Assembly: GCA_030830895.1 (NCBI GenBank)
Contig: JAURMC010000004.1
Location: 40,152 to 104,151, forward strand
Source: Crocinitomicaceae bacterium
GTDB lineage: Bacteria > Bacteroidota > Bacteroidia > Flavobacteriales_D > Crocinitomicaceae
Direction: 5' to 3'
DNA: 64,000 nt
The translations under genes and the position numbers were made by a program. Below, in pieces: positions 9,629 to 18,737 of this stretch (its first letter is position 1; the number at the start of each line of letters is the position of its first letter). Below the pieces are notes generated by a model. The model ran no database searches. It was not told the origin of the DNA and worked only from the letters and a program-made list of their open reading frames with translations.

Positions 9629-11047
9629 TTAGTCAACATAGCTAAGTTTTAGCATATTGGATCCGCCAAGGTCTTCAAGAGGTATTGAGGCGATATTAAT
9701 CACCAAATCACCCATATTCAAATACCCTTCAGATTTCATAATATACTTAATATCAGCAATGGTGTGATCTGTACTGATAAGTTTGTCGTAATAAAAAGCT
9801 TTTACTCCCCATAATAAGTTTAATTGAGACAAAATGGTTCGATTACTGGTAAAAACATATATGGCGGTATTTGGTCTTTGAGATGAAACTTTGTATGCGG
9901 TATATCCAGAAAAAGACATGGTAATAATGGCTTTTGCACGTACGCGCTGAGACAACCTGCAAGCATTAAAGCAAATAGAATCGGTGATAAACCTAACGCT
10001 ATCTAAATCCGGCAGTACTTCTTTGTTGTATAGTTCTGGGCTTTTCTCAACCTCCTCAATGATATTTGACATGGTTTTAATAACTTCAATAGGGTATGCC
10101 CCAACGGAGGTTTCACCGGATAACATTACAGCGTCGGTGCCGTCCAAGACTGCATTAGCGACGTCGTTTACCTCTGCCCGAGTAGGTGACATGCTATGTA
10201 GCATCGATTCCATCATTTGAGTCGCTACAATTACAGGTTTAGCATGAGAATTACATTTTTCAATAAGCATTTTTTGAATGATCGGAACGCGTTGATACGG
10301 TACTTCCACGCCCAAGTCACCACGAGCTACCATTACTCCGTCTGTAATTTGAATGATTTCATCTATACAATCTAAGGCCTCAGGTTTTTCAATTTTTGCT
10401 ATTACTTTAGCTTTACCATTTTGATTGGCAATAAATTGTTTTAGTTCAATAATATCTTTGGAACTTCGAACAAAGGAGAGCCCCACCCAATCTACTTCTT
10501 GTTCTAATGCAAATAAAAGATCATTGCAGTCCTTTTCAGTTAATGATGGCAGAGAAATCTTCGTGTTGGGGAAATTCACGCCTTTTTTCGATGATAAAAT
10601 ACCGCCTTGTATGACTTTACATTGAATGATTGACTTTTTATCACTAGAAATTACTTCAAGAATTAATTTTCCATCATCTAACAAAATCCGTTCGCCTGAA
10701 CTCACGTCCCTAGGTAAATTGACATAATTAATACTGAATTGCTCGGCTGACCCAAGCACATTCTCCGTAATGATGTTGCATAAGGAATCAACTTTGAGCA
10801 TTACACCGTTTTGCTCCATTTCTCCCGTTCGTATTTTTGGGCCTTGTAAATCGGCTAAAATAGCGACGTTTGCACCAAGCTCTTTATTAAGTTCGCGGAT
10901 TGTGCGTATAACTTCGGCATGTTGGTCATGGCTTCCATGTGAAAAATTAACGCGACATACATTGAGACCCGCAATAATCATTTCTCTTAGGACTTCTCTA
11001 GGACTGGAGCTAGGGCCTAAAGTGGCCACTATTTTAGTTTTATTCAT
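9629..11047 (-). CDS. pyk: Pyruvate kinase
   Basis: TKIVATLGPSS, NVCRVNFSHG and MVARGDLGVEVP motifs. The ORF track begins at a TTG (11059). The ATG at 11047 (MNKTKIVATLGP) is preferred. Confidence 0.95.
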   Translation of the reverse strand: MNKTKIVATLGPSSSPREVLREMIIAGLNVCRVNFSHGSHDQHAEVIRTIRELNKELGANVAILADLQGPKIRTGEMEQNGVMLKVDSLCNIITENVLGSAEQFSINYVNLPRDVSSGERILLDDGKLILEVISSDKKSIIQCKVIQGGILSSKKGVNFPNTKISLPSLTEKDCNDLLFALEQEVDWVGLSFVRSSKDIIELKQFIANQNGKAKVIAKIEKPEALDCIDEIIQITDGVMVARGDLGVEVPYQRVPIIQKMLIEKCNSHAKPVIVATQMMESMLHSMSPTRAEVNDVANAVLDGTDAVMLSGETSVGAYPIEVIKTMSNIIEEVEKSPELYNKEVLPDLDSVRFITDSICFNACRLSQRVRAKAIITMSFSGYTAYKVSSQRPNTAIYVFTSNRTILSQLNLLWGVKAFYYDKLISTDHTIADIKYIMKSEGYLNMGDLVINIASIPLEDLGGSNMLKLSYVD

Positions 11048-11522
11048 ACGATTCTTCAAATTGCAAATATTCTGTAATGTTTAAGGTGGAACTGTCATAC
11101 CGATAGGCAGCAATAATCTGATGGTGCTGACGAAGTAGGTCTACTAATTCATCAGTATCTAAGACTAAATTATTCTTGATTATTAGTACATAATCCAACT
11201 GAGGAAGGTCTTCTAGTAGTGGTTTTGCTTGTTGCTTGTTTTTTACCAAATAAAGGTTTGTGTAGTCTTCCAAACCTAAGTATTGGTAGAAGTTATACTC
11301 CGAAACAGCGTTGGATTTTTTGATCGGGATTTTTATGGAAATATCGCTATGTGCAAATTCCCAACCAAATGCCTTATTCAAGTTCCAAGCTAAGCGGTAG
11401 TCACTTAACCCTGAACAAATTCCAATTATATCAAATGGCTCTTGCTCTTCATCCAACAAGATTAATTTCGTTCCTCTCTTCACAATGCAAAGGTATTCAA
11501 TTTGATAATGGTAATGTAACAA
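11040..11522 (-). CDS. Conserved Bacteroidota hypothetical protein resembling the IPExxxVDY family
   Basis: About 150-aa protein with IIGICSGLSDYRLAWNLN and a C-proximal LEDLPQLDYVLI segment. Sits immediately upstream of pyk. Start uncertain (TTG at 11522 or GTG at 11483). Confidence 0.55.
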   Translation of the reverse strand: MLHYHYQIEYLCIVKRGTKLILLDEEQEPFDIIGICSGLSDYRLAWNLNKAFGWEFAHSDISIKIPIKKSNAVSEYNFYQYLGLEDYTNLYLVKNKQQAKPLLEDLPQLDYVLIIKNNLVLDTDELVDLLRQHHQIIAAYRYDSSTLNITEYLQFEESYE

Positions 11523-11645
11523 ATTGTGGATTCAATGTTTCCTTTTTGATAATTAACATTGTATTGAATATAAATTCAAATAAAGGAAATTCGCCAACTG
11601 ATTATTGTTTATAATTTTACCTCATAATTATATAATTCTAAATTA

Positions 11646-12353
11646 ATGAAGATTCTTCTTGCCCTCGCGTTTATATTTCCATTTTTCTTTAATGCTCAAG
11701 GGTATAAAACTCGGGATAATGCTAACCCTTACAAATTAATGTTTGGATTAGGTTGGAGCATATGGGATGACGACGGAAACCCAAGTGACTTAGTTAAGGT
11801 GGAATCAATGCATGCCGAGGTGTTTCCCAGCCGTTTGATGTTTGATTATTATTTTTACAAAGGATGGAGTGCAGAAGGAGGGGTTTCATTTACACGCTTT
11901 AAAGGGATCAAGCCAGTGAATAGTCAACTTGGTGTTAAAGGGGTTGGGCTTTCGGCAGATGCGAATCTGAAATATTCTTTTTATTCCCTTCTCGGTAAAG
12001 GGGTAATAGATCCATATCTTCTTTTTGGTCTTGGTGCAACCGTCCATCCAGTAAGCGATACGCTTTCTAAAGCTTTTTATCCAACCCTGAATGCAGGGGC
12101 GGGAATAAACTTTTGGTTTAATAATGCAATAGGAATTCAAGTACAGTCTGTTGGGAAAATTGGACTTACCTCAGATTTCTTTGGAAAATCGGATTATTTC
12201 CAACATAGCATTGGTTTAGTAGTTAGATTGGAATCTGTGGGTGAAAAAAGCGAAGGGGAATTTAAAAAGGAGAAGCTTAAGTTGGATACAAAAAAGCGTA
12301 AAATTAAAACACCGAGAAAGGGACGGGATAAGAAAAAGGAGGGAGACGCTTAA
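11646..12353 (+). CDS. Outer-membrane beta-barrel-like (porin family) protein with a lysine-rich C-terminal tail
   Basis: Signal peptide MKILLALAFIFPFFFNAQ, alternating amphipathic strands, then the tail KKEKLKLDTKKRKIKTPRKGRDKKKEGDA. Confidence 0.55.
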   Translation: MKILLALAFIFPFFFNAQGYKTRDNANPYKLMFGLGWSIWDDDGNPSDLVKVESMHAEVFPSRLMFDYYFYKGWSAEGGVSFTRFKGIKPVNSQLGVKGVGLSADANLKYSFYSLLGKGVIDPYLLFGLGATVHPVSDTLSKAFYPTLNAGAGINFWFNNAIGIQVQSVGKIGLTSDFFGKSDYFQHSIGLVVRLESVGEKSEGEFKKEKLKLDTKKRKIKTPRKGRDKKKEGDA

Positions 12354-12736
12354 TTTTTAATTTCAATTCGTTTACTAATTTCTTGATTGTCGGTTTTAAG
12401 TACGTAAAGGTACTGACCGTTTGGTATAGAATTGCTGTCAAAGCGACAAATATGTCCACCAACATCAAAGGATTTCTGTGTTATTATGTGTACGTCTCCT
12501 GAAGTATTTTTTAGAAATAAATGGACTTCACGGCTTATAGACGTCGTAAAATAAAATACAACTTCTCCCTTTGCAATAGAATGCTCCACATCATATAAGG
12601 TGCAATAATTTTGAGTTTTTAATACTTTTCGGCTAAGAAATTTCAATAAAAATCGATAAAGAATAATTAGTACCAAAATCCCTAAAGTGATGCCTAGAAA
12701 ATCAATCAGAAACTCTTGATTAAATACATTCTTCAT
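12350..12736 (-). CDS. Hypothetical single-pass membrane protein with an Ig/T9SS-CTD-like C-terminal module
   Basis: N-terminal TM helix (FLGITLGILVLIILYRFLL). The C-terminus (GGHICRFDSNSIPNGQYLYVLKTDNQEISKRIEIKN) resembles a sorting-domain or FlgD-Ig-like beta sandwich. Confidence 0.4.
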   Translation of the reverse strand: MKNVFNQEFLIDFLGITLGILVLIILYRFLLKFLSRKVLKTQNYCTLYDVEHSIAKGEVVFYFTTSISREVHLFLKNTSGDVHIITQKSFDVGGHICRFDSNSIPNGQYLYVLKTDNQEISKRIEIKN

Positions 12737-12737
12737 A

Positions 12738-13004
12738 TTATAAAGAAATTACGCCCGGTATCGCCGCGGCACGTTCATATAATACAATAATTGAGTCTAC
12801 GTCCATCATTACTGTTTTTGCGCTTATACTCATATATTTTCCAGTTTTCGAGGGATGCAAGGTAATTTCCGCATTGTCATCAAAAAAACTCGTCACCAAC
12901 GCTAGTTTTTCAGAGTCATTGGGAACTATAAATTTAAAATAATAGACATTTGGCCACTCCTGAAGCAATAATTGTTCTTTAAGCTTGCTGAAAATTTCCA
13001 CCAT
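12738..13004 (-). CDS. DUF493 (YbeD-like) family protein
   Basis: WPNVYYFKFIVPNDSEKL...GKYMSISAKTVM...IPGVISL matches the Bacteroidota DUF493 pattern. Start moved to the Met at 13004. Confidence 0.7.
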   Translation of the reverse strand: MVEIFSKLKEQLLLQEWPNVYYFKFIVPNDSEKLALVTSFFDDNAEITLHPSKTGKYMSISAKTVMMDVDSIIVLYERAAAIPGVISL

Positions 13005-13070
13005 ACAAAAGTAAGTGCTTTTCACTAAAAAAGTGTTCGGTTGCGTTTTACTTTTTACTTTTGTCGGGAC

Positions 13071-15521
13071 ATGAAACGTTTCGCGCTCCACTTTTTAATC
13101 TTTCCGCTCGGTGTGTGGACGCAACAGCAATATACTGCTCTTCGAATATCGTCTAAAATCACCGTTGATGCTCGGATGAACGAGGCTGTTTGGTCTGAGG
13201 CAGATTCTACGGATAACGATTTCGTTACCATCCGACCAATTCCCGCCCTAAAAAGCGAACATAGAACAACGGTTCGTTTAGTTTACGATGATTTCGCGCT
13301 CTATTTTTTTATAACCTGTTATGATGTTAAAGATTCTATTTCCAAAGTATTTACAGTACGGGATGATTACAATGCGAATGCTGATGTTTTTTCAATTTTT
13401 TTAGACACCTATAACGACAAGCAAAACGGATTTTATTTTGGTATTACCAGTACTGGAGTTCAACTCGATGGCAAAATACTTTCTGGGGATGTGAATGATC
13501 AGTTAAATTTAGTTTGGGAAAGCCAAGTTCGGCTGATTGATAATGCTTGGTTAGCAGAATTAAAAATCCCGTATTCTGCACTTCGGTTTTCCAAGCAGGA
13601 AATACAATCTTGGAATATAAATTTTAGCCGCCAAATTGCTCGAACTAGAGAAGAATCTTCTTGGGTAACAGTGAATCCTGATTTTGAAAACTTTTTGGTC
13701 AGTAGTTCCCCACTGAAAGGAATTATAAATATTAATCCACCGCTGCGCTTAAGTTTAATCCCTTATCTTTCAGGATATGTTAATCAAAGGGTAAATGGCG
13801 GATATGGGAGATCATTTTTTGGTGGTATGGATGTTAAATATGGTATTAATCAAGCATTTACCTTGGACATAACGCTAGTTCCGGATTATGGTCAAGTAAT
13901 TTATGACAATCAAGTTTTAAATACCTCTCCTTTTGAAATTCAATTTAATGAAAATCGGCAGTTTTTTACTGAGGGTATGGAGTTATTTACAAAAGCAGGA
14001 ATTTTTTATTCCCGACGAATTGGCGTTCAGGCACCTTGGGAAGTGTTAACGACGAATTTACAAAATCAGGAAGTGTTAAATGGGGTTCAAGGTATGCCAC
14101 AATTATACAATGCGAGTAAATTCTCTGGGCGTACAAAAAAGGGTTTAGGAATCGGCATCTTTAATGCCCTTTCTGCGCCTACCTATGGTACAGCTTTCAA
14201 CACGTTTACAAATGAGTTTAGAGAGTTTTTAGCCGCGCCACTTACAAATTATAACACCCTAGTATTGGACCAAAATCTAAAAAATAATAGTTCTGTAACA
14301 CTCACGAATACTAATGTACTGCGTGAAGGTAATTTTTACGATGCCAATGTAACAGCGCTAAATTCAAACCTCAATTCTAAGGATAATAGGTTTTTTATTA
14401 ATGGACGCACGGCAGTATCACAAAAATATGCGCCTATTGGTAAAGAGTTAGGATATAACCTTGGATTAAGTACTGGCAAACAACGTGGTAACTTGATTTA
14501 TTCTTTAAGTTATTTCGAAGAAGATGATCAATATAACCCAAATGACCTAGGATTTAATCCGGTAAATAATCGACGTTTTGTTAACGCTTTTATTGGATAT
14601 CGGTATTTTAAACCCTGGTGGAAATTTGTGCGTATGACTACAAATTTATCAGTAAACTATTTTCGTTTATATCTTCCAAATGTTTACACGGAATCTAATT
14701 TGGATTGGTCAGCATTTGCTGTTTCCAAACATTTTAACGCATTCGGGTTAAGCGCCTACACATCTTTTACCGATAAGTATGATTATTTTGAGCCAAGGGT
14801 TTGGGGAAGTTTTTTTGTTGTACCTAGATGGTACGGTGCAGGAGGGTGGATTTCAACGAATTATCAAAAACCAATGGCTTTGGATGCTAACATTTACTAC
14901 GTGGGATTTGCCGATAATCCGAGTTGGAAATACTTAAGTTATATGTTGTCACCCCGAATTAGGGCTTCTAATAGAATCTTGATTACCCTGAATTGGTCTT
15001 TGGAAGATCAGCGAAATGATAGGGGCTATGCCATTCAATTCGGCACACCAGTAGACACAATTTTCGGAATATTATTTGGCGAACGAAACCGTATGAATTT
15101 AACTCAATTCGTAGAGTTCAATTATACGCTTACAAATCGAATGAACATTGCTTTTCGTACGCGACACTATTGGTCAGTAATAAAATATAATCGCTTTTTT
15201 ACACTAGCAGAAAATGGAACTCTTATTCCGAATTCAACGCTTGGTTTAACTTCGGAAGGTTCTTCGGCGTATAATTTGAATTATAATGCACTTACTATTG
15301 ATTGTGCATACCGTTGGGTATTCAAACAAGGAAGTGAATTATCGCTTGTTTGGAAAAGCGCAATTTTTACCTCGGGAAATATATTGAGTTCAGGGTATTT
15401 TCCAAACATAGAGGACATGTTTAACGCCGGGTTGACAAATAATAGTTTCTCGATTAAACTGCTGTATTGGCTAGATGTAGCAGAATTAAAAAAACTTAAA
15501 GCTCGGAAAGATACGCCTTGA
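13071..15521 (+). CDS. DUF5916 / carbohydrate-binding family 9-like domain outer-membrane protein
   Basis: N-terminal CBM9-like block (ITVDARMNEAVWSEA...VRLVYDDFALYFFITCYD...DVFSIFLDTYNDKQNGFYFGITSTGVQLDG) followed by a roughly 600-aa beta-rich region. Signal peptide from the Met at 13071. Confidence 0.7.
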   Translation: MKRFALHFLIFPLGVWTQQQYTALRISSKITVDARMNEAVWSEADSTDNDFVTIRPIPALKSEHRTTVRLVYDDFALYFFITCYDVKDSISKVFTVRDDYNANADVFSIFLDTYNDKQNGFYFGITSTGVQLDGKILSGDVNDQLNLVWESQVRLIDNAWLAELKIPYSALRFSKQEIQSWNINFSRQIARTREESSWVTVNPDFENFLVSSSPLKGIININPPLRLSLIPYLSGYVNQRVNGGYGRSFFGGMDVKYGINQAFTLDITLVPDYGQVIYDNQVLNTSPFEIQFNENRQFFTEGMELFTKAGIFYSRRIGVQAPWEVLTTNLQNQEVLNGVQGMPQLYNASKFSGRTKKGLGIGIFNALSAPTYGTAFNTFTNEFREFLAAPLTNYNTLVLDQNLKNNSSVTLTNTNVLREGNFYDANVTALNSNLNSKDNRFFINGRTAVSQKYAPIGKELGYNLGLSTGKQRGNLIYSLSYFEEDDQYNPNDLGFNPVNNRRFVNAFIGYRYFKPWWKFVRMTTNLSVNYFRLYLPNVYTESNLDWSAFAVSKHFNAFGLSAYTSFTDKYDYFEPRVWGSFFVVPRWYGAGGWISTNYQKPMALDANIYYVGFADNPSWKYLSYMLSPRIRASNRILITLNWSLEDQRNDRGYAIQFGTPVDTIFGILFGERNRMNLTQFVEFNYTLTNRMNIAFRTRHYWSVIKYNRFFTLAENGTLIPNSTLGLTSEGSSAYNLNYNALTIDCAYRWVFKQGSELSLVWKSAIFTSGNILSSGYFPNIEDMFNAGLTNNSFSIKLLYWLDVAELKKLKARKDTP

Positions 15522-16509
15522 TTCGCTCTTTGCAGTTTAGCGATATATCTTTCCAAAATAAATTTATATCACCAATGTGTAAGTTTTTATACTTCTTAAC
15601 TGCCATTTTAAAAGGTGCTCGAAAATTCCGAACACAAATCGCTCCATCAATAAGTTCTGTTTCAAATACTTGATCGTAGCATTTTTCATTCATGTAATAG
15701 AATCCTTTGTGCATACTCCTTGAAGTGAATTTTGTTAAATCCCAAGAGACCGGATTGATACATGCCTTTCCTTTATACCATAAGGGATACATATCATTGT
15801 CCGCCTGGTCATTCATAGTGTTCCAAGTCACAAATCCCCCGTACTGATTTGGTTTAGTCATAAATGGTATGGAATGAAATTCGTTAACATTTAATCCTAT
15901 TCCTGGCATATATGCGGCAATCAATTGCTTAGCTAAAGGCTTTTCATCAATAAACTCTTTGATAAGTAACATGAGCTGGGTGCATCCCTGGCTATGACCG
16001 GCAAGAATAAATGGGCGACCATGGTTGTAATTTTCCAGATAAAGCTGAAATGCAGCACGTATGTCTTCATACGCAAAAAGAAGTGCAGTTCTGCCTCTTC
16101 CTTCAATTGAATCATAAGCCTTTAAATGCGCTTGTCGATAATAAGGCGCAAACATTCTACCACATTCAAGCCACGCACTTGCTTGGTAACGAATTGCCGT
16201 TTCAAGGGCCTCATCCCTCCAAGCAATATCGGACATTTCAGCATTCCAACGTGCATCGGCATAGTCTACGAGAATCGTCGGAAATATATAAAAAACATCC
16301 ACAGACTTTAAGTATGTGGAATCAATAAATCCTTCTTTAAAAAACTCTGGAGATTTTTCGGGTAAAACCAACCAATTTTCAGTGTTTCTAAAATCTAAGG
16401 GTTGACTTAAAACAGTCTGTGCAACCAAGATTACAGGGAAGAAAAGATAAAAACGCACGCTACTCTTGCACTGCTTTTGTGAACTGAAAAAGCCAATTGT
16501 ATAGTTCAT
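15496..16509 (-). CDS. DUF3089-like alpha/beta hydrolase (lipase-type GHSQG nucleophile)
   Basis: Nucleophile elbow FILAGHSQGC. The longest ORF overlaps the upstream gene by 50 nt. An in-frame GTG at 16458 gives the signal peptide (M)RFYLFFPVILVAQTVLSQ and removes the overlap. Confidence 0.6.
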   Translation of the reverse strand: MNYTIGFFSSQKQCKSSVRFYLFFPVILVAQTVLSQPLDFRNTENWLVLPEKSPEFFKEGFIDSTYLKSVDVFYIFPTILVDYADARWNAEMSDIAWRDEALETAIRYQASAWLECGRMFAPYYRQAHLKAYDSIEGRGRTALLFAYEDIRAAFQLYLENYNHGRPFILAGHSQGCTQLMLLIKEFIDEKPLAKQLIAAYMPGIGLNVNEFHSIPFMTKPNQYGGFVTWNTMNDQADNDMYPLWYKGKACINPVSWDLTKFTSRSMHKGFYYMNEKCYDQVFETELIDGAICVRNFRAPFKMAVKKYKNLHIGDINLFWKDISLNCKERIKAYLSEL

Positions 16510-17155
16510 CCGTTCTAAACATTTTTTCCAAGTCTCCGTGACCTACTCCTTTAAGTGGAGTATATTTTAAATTCTCGCCGCCATTGCAATTTTTAATAGC
16601 TCGAACTATTTTTTCGGATTCAGAAATTGGTACAGCTTGATCAGACGTGCCATGCTGAATCCATAAAGGGACTGTTGCCAAATTACATCCGTCTTTAATG
16701 TTTCCTCCCCCACACAATGCTACAGCCGCAGCAACGTGTTCTGGATATTTACCTGCAAAATTTAAAGTTCCGTAGCCACCCATACTCATACCTACTACAT
16801 ACACGCGATTCGTATCTACATCGAAGTTTTTCTTAACAAACGATAATACGCTCATCACTTTAACAGGATCCCATCCGTTACTAGTTTGCGGTGCTACCAC
16901 TACGGCTGGTATTTTTCTGCCTTTTTCAATTTCAGAAATCACACCGTAACGTTTAACGCGCGTTAAGTCTGTACCCGATAAACTTTTACCATGAAGAAAT
17001 ATCAAAACAGGAGGTTTTGTTTTAAGTATGCTATCTGAAGGTAAATGCAACCAAAAAGCATAATCTGCTTGGCTATAAATCGGCTTTAATTGTGCCCTTA
17101 CAGAGTAAGTGACCCCCAGGTAAAACAAGAAGAATATTGAAATTAATTTTTTCAT
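16460..17155 (-). CDS. Secreted alpha/beta hydrolase (carboxylesterase / prolyl-oligopeptidase-family esterase)
   Basis: Signal peptide MKKLISIFFLFYLGVTYSVRAQ. Motifs LIFLHG, GMSMGG (nucleophile elbow) and a late GVGHGD His. Confidence 0.75.
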   Translation of the reverse strand: MKKLISIFFLFYLGVTYSVRAQLKPIYSQADYAFWLHLPSDSILKTKPPVLIFLHGKSLSGTDLTRVKRYGVISEIEKGRKIPAVVVAPQTSNGWDPVKVMSVLSFVKKNFDVDTNRVYVVGMSMGGYGTLNFAGKYPEHVAAAVALCGGGNIKDGCNLATVPLWIQHGTSDQAVPISESEKIVRAIKNCNGGENLKYTPLKGVGHGDLEKMFRTDELYNWLFQFTKAVQE

Positions 17156-17215
17156 TGGTCAAAAATAGGTCATTGTGCGCTAACCTTAAAAGATTCAAAT
17201 GAGATTAACACTTTT

Positions 17216-17530
17216 TTAAGAAAACCATATATCGGTGATAACAGGGCTTCCTGCATACCCATTCATTCGGTCGATAATAATTTGTTTACCGTTGGCTAAT
17301 TCTTCACGAGCCACTGACGAATCAATCTGTACATGAAGGACACTCCCTTTTAGAAAAATATTTTTTGTTCGATAGGCTACGGCCGGACCCATAAGGTCAG
17401 GCCAAGCATTAACCAAATCCACTTCTTTTAATTTCGACTCTAAATTGTAAATTTTAAACAAGCGATCCATTACTTCCTTTAACGGTTGATTGTCCGAGGT
17501 ACGTTTAAATTCTTCAATCTTTGATTTCAT
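17216..17530 (-). CDS. DUF721 domain-containing protein (recF-associated)
   Basis: About 100 aa with NAWPDLMGPAVAYRTKNIFLKGSVLHVQIDSSVAREEL. 4-nt overlap with recF, the canonical recF-DUF721 pairing. Confidence 0.8.
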   Translation of the reverse strand: MKSKIEEFKRTSDNQPLKEVMDRLFKIYNLESKLKEVDLVNAWPDLMGPAVAYRTKNIFLKGSVLHVQIDSSVAREELANGKQIIIDRMNGYAGSPVITDIWFS

Positions 17531-18624
17531 TGGTCTTCCGTAAGAGGTAGCTCAAAAATACGAAAATCTGAGACACGATTAACTAAAAGTTCTTCAAGCC
17601 GAGTCTTTTCAGTATCAGTAATGATTACCTGACCGAATACCTCATTACTTACAAGATCAATTATTTTTTGAACCCGGCTGTGGTCTAACTTATCGAAGAT
17701 GTCATCGAGCAATAACACAGGTTTTTTTCCCGAATGTGAATGAAGATAATGGTATTGTGCCAAGCGTAGTGCCAAGACAAATGATTTTTGTTGACCTTGC
17801 GAACCGTATTTTTTTACCGGATTGCCATTTAAATTAAATACTAAATCATCCTTATGAGTTCCAACGGTGGTATATTGAAAAATAAGATCCCGCCTTTCAC
17901 TCTGTTCGAGTAAAGCACTAAAATCTCCATGTTGAAAATCCGATTTATATTGAATTTCAATTCGTTCATACGCAGTTCCTATCTCCATATAGTTCCGATT
18001 GAAAATCGGAATAAATTCCTCAATAAAGGAATGTCTCCGTTTATGAATTTTTGCACCATACTGCAAAAGCGAGTGATTCCAAACCTGCAAGTTTTCAGCA
18101 ATACCATTCCCTGAAGCGATTTGTTTAAGGAGGGCGTTTCGTTGCTCCAATACCCGCTGATAGGAAATAATATCTTCTAAGTATCCTTTGTCAATTTGTG
18201 AAATAATCCCATCCATCCATTTTCGCCTCGTTTCACTTCCGTCTGCAATTAAATCACCATCATAGGGAGATATAAAAACTACAGGAAATAACCCAATATG
18301 ATCGGAAAGCTTTTCATATGCCACTTTGTTTTTTTTTACCACCTTTTTGGAACCAGATTTCACCGCGCACACTACATTACTTTCTTGTTCATCCAAAATC
18401 CATTGTCCTTGAATACTAAAAAATGCCTGATCAAACTTGATGTTTTGGCGGTCCATACTGTTCAAGTACGACTTACACATACTCAAGTAGTAGATGGCAT
18501 CAAGAATATTGGTTTTTCCCATACCGTTCTTACCTACAATAGCGTTTACATTACTACTTAACTCTAAATCCAAGGATTCATGATTCTTAAAATTTAATAG
18601 TTGTATTCTAGACAAGAAAAGCAT
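17527..18624 (-). CDS. recF: DNA replication/repair protein RecF
   Basis: Walker A VGKNGMGKTNILDAI, signature SQGQQKS and Walker B LLLDDIFDKLD. Confidence 0.95.
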   Translation of the reverse strand: MLFLSRIQLLNFKNHESLDLELSSNVNAIVGKNGMGKTNILDAIYYLSMCKSYLNSMDRQNIKFDQAFFSIQGQWILDEQESNVVCAVKSGSKKVVKKNKVAYEKLSDHIGLFPVVFISPYDGDLIADGSETRRKWMDGIISQIDKGYLEDIISYQRVLEQRNALLKQIASGNGIAENLQVWNHSLLQYGAKIHKRRHSFIEEFIPIFNRNYMEIGTAYERIEIQYKSDFQHGDFSALLEQSERRDLIFQYTTVGTHKDDLVFNLNGNPVKKYGSQGQQKSFVLALRLAQYHYLHSHSGKKPVLLLDDIFDKLDHSRVQKIIDLVSNEVFGQVIITDTEKTRLEELLVNRVSDFRIFELPLTEDQ

Positions 18625-18704
18625 GTTGCGAAGGTAGTGTTTATTTATTTTCGATCTATTTCAATTAATTCATTCATCAGTTTTTTCAGTTTCCGAACCC
18701 TTAG

Positions 18705-18712
18705 TATTTTTG
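18705..18712 (+). promoter_or_regulatory. Putative -7 promoter box (TATTTTTG) for pruA
   Basis: TAnnTTTG match 25 nt upstream of the ATG at 18738, in the recF/pruA divergent intergenic region. Confidence 0.35.
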
Positions 18713-18737
18713 TTTTACCTTTGTTGAAAACTGAGAC

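Noticed and set aside
9583-11072. Recurrent AAATTGCAAA(T) motif at 15-24, 9583-9593 and 11058-11068, considered as a dispersed repeat or shared operator.
   Set aside because: It is short and AT-rich and overlaps the TTTG of the expected -7 promoter consensus. Three occurrences in 64 kb of AT-rich DNA are not convincing without a genome-wide count.
15496-16509. A 50-nt overlap between the two alpha/beta hydrolase ORFs, considered as a sign of frameshift or pseudogenisation.
   Set aside because: An in-frame GTG at 16458 yields a good signal peptide and removes the overlap. Both ORFs are otherwise intact.
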